A stretch of DNA of 64,000 nt from Chloroflexota bacterium (GTDB taxonomy: Bacteria > Chloroflexota > Limnocylindria > Limnocylindrales > CSP1-4). Position numbers and translations under genes: made by a program. Numbering within the stretch: position 1 is the stretch's first letter; each line of letters begins with the position of its first letter. Where the stretch lies: positions 4,229-68,228 of the forward strand of contig BPIH01000007.1 in the NCBI GenBank assembly GCA_026004015.1, read 5' to 3'. Under the pieces are notes generated by a model. The model searched no databases, was not told where the DNA came from, and was given only the letters and a program-made list of their open reading frames with translations. Of this stretch, positions 1 through 6,888 are shown piece by piece.

Positions 1-1
1 C

Positions 2-250
2 CGGCCGGCGGTGCAGCGGCGGTTTCGCGGGAGCGTGTCCTTGGACGCCGGTCGGCCGATCCCGGAGTTCTCGCGGATCGCCCAGGAGGTCGTCAGCCAT
101 CTGGCGGGCGACCCGGACGTCCGGGTGGAGCTGCGGCTCGAGATCGCGGCGGAGCATCGGGGCGCGGGTTTCGAGGGCGACGTGGTCCGGACGGTCCGGG
201 AGAACGCGCGAACGCTCCGCTTCGACCACGTGGAGTTCGAGGAGGAGTGA
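2..250 (+). CDS. 3' end (about 82 codons) of a gene that starts upstream of the window. Function unknown. The tail is reminiscent of large DUF499/BrxC-like P-loop ATPases (memory-based, weak).
   Basis: The frame is open from the window edge to TGA 248-250. Listed ORF 11..250 only marks the first in-window GTG. The tail ...DVRVELRLEIAAEHRGAGFEGDVVRTVRENARTLRFDHVEFEEE looks coding. Confidence 0.45.
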   Translation, partial: RPAVQRRFRGSVSLDAGRPIPEFSRIAQEVVSHLAGDPDVRVELRLEIAAEHRGAGFEGDVVRTVRENARTLRFDHVEFEEE

Positions 251-376
251 GGTGGGCGGGCGTGGCGGCCTGGGCGGTGGGTACGCTGCCGAGCTGGCAC
301 CGGGGGGCAAGCGTCGGACACCCCTTGCCGAGACGGCGGCTCCGGATCGTCGGCGACCGCTTCCCACTCCGCTCGT

Positions 377-628
377 TTGGGGCAATCGATGAGGAGGGAG
401 TCGCCACCCGCCGAACCGGCGAGGTTCGTCGTCGGCGACCGGATTCATCACCCCCAAAAGGGCATGGCCCGTGTCCTGGCGCTGCGAGACGGGATCGTCA
501 TCGCCCGTTTCGATGACGGTGAAACACGAGAGATCATCTCGACGCATCCCGGCATGCGGCTCGTCGAGCCGCTCGAGGAGGGTCGCATCAGCCCTCCCTG
601 GCGCGAGTCTCCCAACGCTTGGCCATAG
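377..628 (+). CDS. small hypothetical protein (83 aa) with a beta-rich Tudor/SH3-like core
   Basis: ORF track. FVVGDRIHHPQKGMARVLALRDGIVIARFDDGETREI resembles the small GD-x-V-x-H-x-x-G domains at UvrD/PcrA C-termini (DUF3553-like). Start uncertain. Confidence 0.4.
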   Translation: MGQSMRRESPPAEPARFVVGDRIHHPQKGMARVLALRDGIVIARFDDGETREIISTHPGMRLVEPLEEGRISPPWRESPNAWP

Positions 629-686
629 GCGGGAGTCTGCCGCCACGGCGAGTATGATTAGAAGTATGATCATATAGAGGTGAGCC

Positions 687-1364
687 ATGCCGACGATCGA
701 GCGCGTGACCGTGACCTTGCCCGCGGATCTGGTCCGGGAGATCGACCGACACGAGAAGAACCGGAGCAGGTTCCTCCAGGAGGCCGCTCGCCGCGAACTC
801 GAGCGGCGGCGGCGCATCCTCCTCGACCACTCGCTTCGCAACCCTCACCCAGAAACGGCCGAACTGGCCGAGGCCGGGTTCGAGGACTGGGTCTCCTCGC
901 TGCCCGACGGAGGATGCGGCGGGCTGGTCGACATCCAGGCCGGCAGAGACGTCCGCTGGGTTCCCGGGGAGGGGTGGACCGAGGTCGAACGGGTGAGGCT
1001 CGACCGCGGCACGATCGTCCTGCTGGGGCTCGATCCGACGGTCGGCCACGAACAGCGCGGCGTCCGCCCGTGCGTCGTCGTCAGTGATCCGGCCGTGATC
1101 TCCGATCAGCGCTTCCCGCTCGTCGCCGTCGTCCCCGTGACCGGCACGCCGGGCGAGGGATCGCTCTATCCCATGCTCCAGCCGGGCCCCAGTGGACTCG
1201 CCAGGCCGTCCTACGCCCTCGTCGATCAGCTACGGTCCGTGGACAAACGCCGGATCCGCCGCGTCTTTGGAGTCGTCACCGATAGCGAGCTCGACGCCCT
1301 GGATGAGGGACTTGTCCTCTTCCTTGGGCTCGGTCGAAAGCTCAGGTCAGCAGACGTCGAATGA
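687..1364 (+). CDS. mazF: type II toxin-antitoxin encoded as one ORF: an N-terminal ribbon-helix-helix (CopG/MazE-like) antitoxin region in frame with a MazF/PemK-family endoribonuclease toxin
   Basis: 225-aa ORF. aa 1-45 MPTIERVTVTLPADLVREIDRHEKNRSRFLQEAARRELERRR is RHH-like. aa 103-215 VRLDRGTIVLLGLDPTVGHEQRGVRPCVVVSDP..LVAVVPVTGT..SYALVDQLRSVDKRRI is the MazF/PemK signature. An internal GTG at 993-995 has GAGG 8 nt upstream. Confidence 0.8.
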   Translation: MPTIERVTVTLPADLVREIDRHEKNRSRFLQEAARRELERRRRILLDHSLRNPHPETAELAEAGFEDWVSSLPDGGCGGLVDIQAGRDVRWVPGEGWTEVERVRLDRGTIVLLGLDPTVGHEQRGVRPCVVVSDPAVISDQRFPLVAVVPVTGTPGEGSLYPMLQPGPSGLARPSYALVDQLRSVDKRRIRRVFGVVTDSELDALDEGLVLFLGLGRKLRSADVE

Positions 1365-1716
1365 CGGCGGTGCGGAGAGAGCGCCACCACGAGCAGATCC
1401 CGGTCGAGTTCGTAGCCGTGGCGGGCCGTCAATCGTTCGAAGGTGAAGACGCAAGAGAAGCCAAGGTCAGTGACGTGCCGCCAGCTCCGAAGGTCGCCCT
1501 TCTGCGTGGGATAGACTCTTGCGTGGGATAGCTTTCCGATGCTGGCCGTGACGATCGACAGACCACACACCACGGGAACGGCGGGACGTCGCAGGCGACA
1601 TGACCTTGCTTCTACGACGCACCGATCATCACCGTCGATCCCGGACAGCGCGCCGCGTCCGCCCAGGTTTGAGGCCATCGGGCGGGCCGGCGAGCGAGGG
1701 AGGCTTCCGTGACCCG

Positions 1717-2086
1717 CTAGCGCTCTCGAGCGAGCTCGCCCGCCCGCCGGGCGACGGCGGTGAGCACCCCGCGGTCGAAGGCGTCGGCGAGCGCGCCCTC
1801 GGAGAAGCGCTCTTCCCGGACGATGGTCGTGATGATCCGGGCCAGATCCTCGGCGCTCGCCGATCCAATCGCCTCGGGATCCGAGAGAAGCCGACGGCCC
1901 TCCGGCGAGGCGGCCCAGTGCGGCCAGTCGAAGCGGACGACCCAACCGAGCCGGTACATCTCGTCGACGAACCGGCTGATCGCCGAGCTGTACCGGAAGG
2001 ATGGCATCTCGATCACGCTGTCGTTCCTTGACGTTCGGTCGTGCCAGACGCCGACCGAGAACTCGTCCGAGGTGAAGATCGCTTCG
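1717..2086 (-). pseudogene. 3' part of a small conserved hypothetical gene (DUF6508-like, from memory) split by the IS256-family insertion
   Basis: ORF 1717..2016 stays open upstream to the IS boundary (..EAIFTSDEFSVGVWHDRTSRNDSVIEMPSFRY..). It joins in frame with 3667..3718 once the IS and one 8-bp target copy are removed (414 nt, 137 aa). Confidence 0.7.
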
Positions 2087-2391
2087 GGCCGCGGCCCGTC
2101 AAGTGGTGGAAATTTGCTTCCAGCAGGGCATGCCGTCCCTCGTGACAGCGAGCGTTCGTCCGTTACACCACGGCACCCTCCTTGAGGAGCTCGCCGATCG
2201 TCGGGTTGACGTGCCCGCCGAGGAGGCGGGTAAGAGAGGGCCGCGGCCCGTCAAGTGGTGGAAATTCGCTTCCAGCATGGCATGCCGTCCCTCGTGGCAG
2301 CGAGCCGTTCGTCCGTTACACGGCGGCACCCTCCTTGAGGAGCTCGCCGATCGTCGGGTTGACGTGCCCGCCGAGGAGGCGGGTAAGAGAG
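2087..2391. repeat. tandem duplication (152 + 153 bp) of the left IS end: the terminal inverted repeat plus the last ~24 codons of the transposase
   Basis: 2087-2238 and 2239-2391 are nearly identical (a few substitutions and one 1-nt indel). Both copies start GGCCGCGGCCCGTCAAGTGGTGGAAATT. Confidence 0.9.
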
Positions 2392-3554
2392 CCCTGGGGG
2401 AGATAGCGGCGATCGGCGGTCAGCCACTCGTCGTGCTGCTCGGCGAGGAGCGCCCCGACGAGCCGGACGAGGGCCTCGCGGTTCGGGAAGATCCCGACGA
2501 CGTCGGTCCGGCGGGCGAGCTCCCGATGGAGCCGCTCGAGGGGGTTCGTCGACCAGACCTTCGACCAATGCTCGCGGGGCACGCTCGTATAGGCGAGGAC
2601 ATCGGCGGCGGCGGCGAGGAGCGTCTCGGCGGCCTTCGGCCACCGGGTTCGGAGGTGGTCGGCGACCTCGGCAAGTTGGCGCTGGGCCGATTCCCCGTCG
2701 GGCTGGGCGAAGATCGTTCGGGCATACGCGGCGACGAGGCCCTGGGCGCCCTTTGGGACGTGGGCGAGGACGTCGCGGAGGAGATGGACCCGGCACCGCT
2801 GCCAGGTCGCCCCGATGAGCGTCGCTTCGATCGCCTCGCGGAGGCCGACGTGGGCGTCGCTGACGACGAGCCGGACGCCGGAGAGGCCGCGGGCGACGAG
2901 GGAGCGCAGGAACGTCCGCCAGAGGGCGCCGGTCTCCCCGTGCCCGACCTCGAAGCATGAGGACCTCTCGCTCGCCCCGCTCGTTCACCCCGATCGCGAT
3001 GAGGATCGCCACCGGGACGATCCGACCCCCTTCACGCTGCCCTTCTCGACCTTGGCATCGAGCCAGACGTACGGGTAGCGGTGCTCGTCGAGCCGCCGCT
3101 CCCGGAAGGCCGTGACGTGGCGATCGAGCTCGGCGCAGATCCGGCTCACCTCGCTCTTGCTGATCCCCTCGACGCCGAGGCTCCGGACCAAGGCGTCGAC
3201 CTTCCGGGTGCTGACGCCCAAGACGTACGCCTCGGCGACGACGGCGAAGAGGGCCCGCTCGGATCGGCGGCGTGGCTCCAAGAGCCAGCCCGGGAAGTAG
3301 CTGCCGGAGCGGAGTTTCGGGATCGCGAGCTCGACCGTCCCGGCTCGGGTGTTCCAGGTCCGGGTCCGGTAGCCGTTCCGATAGCCGGTCCGCTCGGTCG
3401 TCCGCTCGTACCGCTCGGCCCCGAGCTTGGCGGCGACCTCGAGCTCCATGAGCGCTTCCGCCACGACCTTCACCGCCGTCCGGAGGAAGTCAAGATCGCC
3501 GTGCGCGGCAGCCTTTCCAATCTCCTCGAGGAGTGTCATCCTGTCCGTGGCCAT
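2316..3554 (-). pseudogene. IS256-family (Mutator-like) transposase, interrupted
   Basis: The N-part is ORF 2985..3554 (..YRNGYRTRTWNTRAGTVELAIPKLR..YPYVWLDAKVEK). The middle GGRIVPVAILIAIGVNERGEREVLM reads only in the -1 frame. The C-part (FEVGHGETGALWRTFL..SDAHVGL..WQRCRVHLLRD..HWSKVWSTNPLERLHRE) is back in the first frame. There is an in-frame TGA at 2985-2987. Confidence 0.88.
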
Positions 3555-3666
3555 CGCCGTTGGTCCTCCCAGCAGCTGGTTGTGTCTTGTCTTGCTGGAA
3601 GCCTAGGCGGTGGCCGCTCCGCAGTGGAGCACCCCCGCAATTTCCACCACGTCCTGGGACACTACT

Positions 3667-3718
3667 TCGCTTCGTAGGCGGCCAGTCGGCGGAGGCGCTC
3701 GGCGTCGCTCGTGCTCAC
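3667..3718 (-). pseudogene. 5' part (VSTSDAERLRRLAAYEA..) of the IS-split small gene
   Basis: GTG 3716-3718 has GAGG 7 nt upstream. The fragment reads into the IS end and is in frame with 1717..2078 after in-silico IS removal. Confidence 0.55.
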
Positions 3719-3850
3719 GGCAGAGCCTCGAACATCCTGTTCCCCCCGGCTCGTTCATGGCGTGGACGGTGGGGTCGGCCTGGTTCGGACGGTGTGCGGA
3801 GCGCGTGTGTCATCGGCTTGGTGGCCAAAGTGGCTGGCGCGATTTCACGA

Positions 3851-3906
3851 TAGCGGACGGGATGGGAATCGAACGCACGGGCCTTGGGCCCACCGGCTTT
3901 CACGCG
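3851..3906 (-). other. degenerate copy of the 3' half of tRNA-Ser (att-like relic), not a functional tRNA
   Basis: 42/54 ungapped identities to 5293-5346 of the intact tRNA-Ser in the same orientation (T-arm, variable arm, anticodon-loop region). It ends CTA rather than CCA and has no matching 5' acceptor strand. Confidence 0.6.
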
Positions 3907-4310
3907 GAGCCCACCTCCCGGTCGGCGAGCGCGAGTTGCGTCACCCCTCCCCTCCCGCCGGGACAAGTCGACCAGCCACCCACAGAAGCACCTCGGCGGC
4001 AGTCTCTTCCAGCAAGGCACGGTCTCCCAGCTCGGCAGCGCGGCGGCGATGATGCTCGGCCTCGGCTGCATGACGGACGGCTTCGTTGCGGAGGTGATCG
4101 GCTTCGCTCAGGAGCCAATCGACCAGCCGCGACGTTCGGAGGTCGAAGTCAGTCAGGGCTGACCTCCGTAGCTTCGCGAGTGATCCTTCGTGCGACCGCC
4201 CGGCGGAGGTCGGCCCGGACCAGCTCCAGCTCGGTGCGCGCCGTCGTTTCCCCAACTCGGGCCCAAAGCGCTCCAGAGCGGGTGTCGCCTCTGAGGGTTC
4301 GGTCCCGGGT

Positions 4311-4547
4311 TCATCTCCGGCTCTCGATGAACTCCACGAGGGCTGCTTCCGGCACAAGTCGGCGGCGTCCAATGGTGACTGTGCGCAACTCGCCGCGTCC
4401 GATGAGGGCGTAAACCGTCGAGCGCGAGACGTTCAAGCGCAAGGCCGCGCATCGGATAGCGACCAGCCGCACCAGGCGGTCACGCTCAGCGAGGGCCGCC
4501 GCGATCTCCTCTCGGACTAGCTTTCGGATGGCCTGCTCAAGCTCCAT
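4311..4547 (-). CDS. excisionase/MerR-superfamily helix-turn-helix DNA-binding protein (78 aa)
   Basis: ORF track. LNVSRSTVYALIGRGELRTVTIGRRRLVPEAALVEFI fits the Xis-type HTH pattern. Confidence 0.7.
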   Translation of the reverse strand: MELEQAIRKLVREEIAAALAERDRLVRLVAIRCAALRLNVSRSTVYALIGRGELRTVTIGRRRLVPEAALVEFIESRR

Positions 4548-4611
4548 GCCCCAATCATTGGCGGCTGGGAGCTCGATGGGAAGTGGGATGATCGGTCGCC
4601 CGACTGAATCG

Positions 4612-5103
4612 TTACGGCCTCCACCATCGGCGGACGGTGTCCGGCGGGAACGGTTCGACCTGTCCGTCCAGGTTCTTGCGACCCTCCTCCTCGGCTATCC
4701 GCCGCCCGATCTGTCGGGCCGTCAACCCCTCGCTCCGCAACGCCCGAGCCCGAGCGCGCCTGCGTTCGTGCGCCTCTTGGCGCGCCTCGCTGGCCAAGGC
4801 GGCCGCCGTTGCCCGGGGAACACCGAGCCGATCGCGAAGCCGGGCTATGCCCACATCGAACGGCTCGTCGAGAAGGTCGCGCCGCTGTTCCAAGAGCCCC
4901 ACCAGGACGTCGGCCGCCATCCGCTCGACGGCGCGACGAAGCGATCGGAAGTACTCCCGCTGGCCTCCAGGTGTCAGACAGGCCAACCCCTCGGCAAGGA
5001 GCCGCTCGTAGGGCCAGCCTTCTTGCGCCTCGTCGAGCCAGGCGATACGCCTCAGCTGTCTTATCCGCTCACGGGCCGCTATCTGCTCAGACGCCTTCAT
5101 CAC
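4612..5103 (-). CDS. hypothetical protein (163 aa) with a C-terminal HTH-like segment; cargo of the tRNA-Ser-linked remnant
   Basis: ORF track. ..LRSEGLTARQIGRRIAEEEGR.. resembles resolvase/terminase-type HTH. No family recognised. Confidence 0.5.
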   Translation of the reverse strand: MMKASEQIAARERIRQLRRIAWLDEAQEGWPYERLLAEGLACLTPGGQREYFRSLRRAVERMAADVLVGLLEQRRDLLDEPFDVGIARLRDRLGVPRATAAALASEARQEAHERRRARARALRSEGLTARQIGRRIAEEEGRKNLDGQVEPFPPDTVRRWWRP

Positions 5104-5292
5104 TCCCCCTGTCGGGGCTCAGGAGAGAGCCGCTGCCGCGTCGTGAAGCGTCGCCGGCGTAACTGCTGCGTAGGAGGCATGGGCATCGTGACCCCCGTGT
5201 TTCCGAGCGACGCGGCGGCCGTCCCGCGCCACACCGGTTTCAACGAGGGTTGGCAGCGTGGCGACGACGGTGCGCGGGAGGGGTTTCCGCGA

Positions 5293-5378
5293 TGGCGGAG
5301 AGGGTGGGATTCGAACCCACGGGGCTTGCGCCCTGCGGTTTTCAAGACCGCCGCATTCGACCGCTCTGCCACCTCTCC
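5293..5378 (-). tRNA. tRNA-Ser (anticodon UGA), CCA encoded
   Basis: The minus strand reads GGAGAGGTGGCAGAGCGGTCGAATGCGGCGGTCTTGAAAACCGCAGGGCGCAAGCCCCGTGGGTTCGAATCCCACCCTCTCCGCCA. It has a 7-bp acceptor stem GGAGAGG/CCTCTCC, anticodon loop CTTGAAA, a long variable arm and T-arm GTGGG-TTCGAAT-CCCAC. Confidence 0.93.
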
Positions 5379-5499
5379 GCGCCGATCGAGGATACACCGG
5401 CCGAGGGCGACTGAGGCCATCGCCCGGGCGCCTCGCCGAACCCAGCGAGGGCCGGACCCGGCTGACGAACGCCCGCGCCCGCGCCGCCCCCGACCGCCC

Positions 5500-6819
5500 C
5501 TACGCCGCCGCGATCCGCTCCAGGCCGCCCATGTACGGGCGGAGGACCCCCGGGACGACGACCGAGCCGTCCGGCTCCTGGTACGTCTCGAGGAGCGCCG
5601 CGACGACCCGGGCGAGGGCGAGGCCCGAGCCGTTGAGCGTGTGGACGAGCTCCGGCTTCGCCCCCGGCTCGGGGCGGTAGCGGATCGCCATCCGGCGGGC
5701 CTGGTAGTCGCGGAAGTTCGAGCAGGAGCTCACCTCGAGCCAGCGCTCCACCCCGGGCGCCCAGGCTTCGAGGTCGTACTTCTTCGCCTGGACGAAGCCC
5801 ATCTCGCCGGTGCTCATGAGGACGACCCGGTAGGCGAGCCCGAGCCGCTGGAGCAGGACCTCGGCCCGAGCCGTCAGCCATTCGAGGGCGGCCGCCGAAT
5901 CCTCGGGCTTCTCGAAGCAGACCATCTCGACCTTGTCGAACTGGTGGACCCGGAGGATCCCCCGGGTCTCGGCGCCGGCGGCGCCCGCCTCGCGCCGGAA
6001 GCAGGGGGTGTAGGCGGCGTAGCGGATCGGCAGGTCGGCGGCGTCGAGGATCTCGTCGCGGTGGAGGTTCGTGACCGGGACCTCGGCGGTCGGAACGAGG
6101 TAGAGCTCGTCGCGGGTCACGACGTACATCTGCTCTTCCTTGTCCGGGATCTGGCCGGTCCCCCGGGCCGAGGCGGCGTTGACGAGGGCCGGCGGCCAGA
6201 CCTCGACGAAGCCGTGCTCGCTGACGTGGACGTCGAGGAACCAGTTGATGAGGGCCCGCTCCAGGCGCGCCCCGGCGGCCCGGTAGACCGGGAACCCCGA
6301 GCCGGTGATCTTCGCGCCCCGCGGCTCGTCGAGGATCCCGAGGGCCGCCCCGATCTCCCAGTGGGGGCGCCGCTCCCAGGGTTGCCCGTCGGGGCCGACG
6401 GCGCGGCGCGGCAGCGGCTCGCCCCAGGTTCGGACGACGACGTTCGCCTCGGGGCCGCCGACGGGGACGTCGGGGTCGGCCGGGTTCGGGATCCGGAGGA
6501 GCGCCTCCTCGAGCTCGGCTTCGACGGTCGCGAGCTCCCGCTCGAGCTCGGCGATCCGGTCGCCGAGGGCCCGCGCCTCGGCCCGGATCTGGGCGATCTC
6601 GGGACCGTTCGGGTCGGCGCCGGCCCGGATCCGCTCGCCGACCGACTTGCTGACGGCGTTCCGCTCGGCCCGGAGGCGGTCGGCCTCGCCGAGGAGGCGG
6701 CGGCGGCGCTCGTCGAGGGCGAGGGCGGCGTCGACGACGGCGGGGTCTTCGCCCTTGTCGATGGCGCTCTGGCGGATGCGGTCGGGTTCCTCGCGGAGGC
6801 GGGCGAGGCCGACGCTCAT
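5500..6819 (-). CDS. serS: seryl-tRNA synthetase
   Basis: 439-aa uninterrupted ORF with an N-terminal coiled-coil arm (..RLRAERNAVSKSVG..) and a class-II core (..FRREAGAAGAETRGILRVHQFDKVE.., ..TLNGSGLA..). GGAGG lies upstream of the ATG. Confidence 0.95.
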   Translation of the reverse strand: MSVGLARLREEPDRIRQSAIDKGEDPAVVDAALALDERRRRLLGEADRLRAERNAVSKSVGERIRAGADPNGPEIAQIRAEARALGDRIAELERELATVEAELEEALLRIPNPADPDVPVGGPEANVVVRTWGEPLPRRAVGPDGQPWERRPHWEIGAALGILDEPRGAKITGSGFPVYRAAGARLERALINWFLDVHVSEHGFVEVWPPALVNAASARGTGQIPDKEEQMYVVTRDELYLVPTAEVPVTNLHRDEILDAADLPIRYAAYTPCFRREAGAAGAETRGILRVHQFDKVEMVCFEKPEDSAAALEWLTARAEVLLQRLGLAYRVVLMSTGEMGFVQAKKYDLEAWAPGVERWLEVSSCSNFRDYQARRMAIRYRPEPGAKPELVHTLNGSGLALARVVAALLETYQEPDGSVVVPGVLRPYMGGLERIAAA

Positions 6820-6888
6820 CGGCGCGGCCTCCGGGCGCGGTCGGATGGGCTGGGGAGCAGGCGGTTCGCATGGTGAGATTGTCGTTGC

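Larger units (their letters stand above)
2087..3666 (-). mobile_element. IS256-family insertion sequence (1580 bp including an internal 152-bp end duplication) flanked by the 8-bp target-site duplication TCGCTTCG
   Basis: TCGCTTCG occurs at 2079-2086 and 3667-3674. The terminal inverted cores GTGGTGGAAATT 2103-2114 and AATTTCCACCAC 3639-3650 each lie 16 nt from the boundary. A Mutator-type transposase lies inside. Confidence 0.88.

Noticed and set aside
1380-1700. Minus-strand coding-looking stretch (..VVCGLSIVTASIGKLSHARVYPTQKGDLRSWRHVTDLGFSCVFTFERLTARHGYELDRDLLVVAL..) within ORF 1226..1945
   Set aside because: It has lower GC and is protein-like. However, it has no recognisable family or convincing start, and its frame runs about 140 nt into the mazF 3' end without a stop. 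It is probably a decayed gene fragment and is not reported as a feature.
2955-3030. Programmed -1 ribosomal frameshift in the IS256 transposase
   Set aside because: IS256-family transposases are normally single ORFs. Here two offsetting shifts are needed within 73 nt and an in-frame stop intervenes, which fits decay or error better than recoding.
3851-3906. Second functional tRNA gene
   Set aside because: Only the 3' half is recognisable. The T-stem has mismatches, the end is CTA, and no 5' acceptor or D-arm can be paired.
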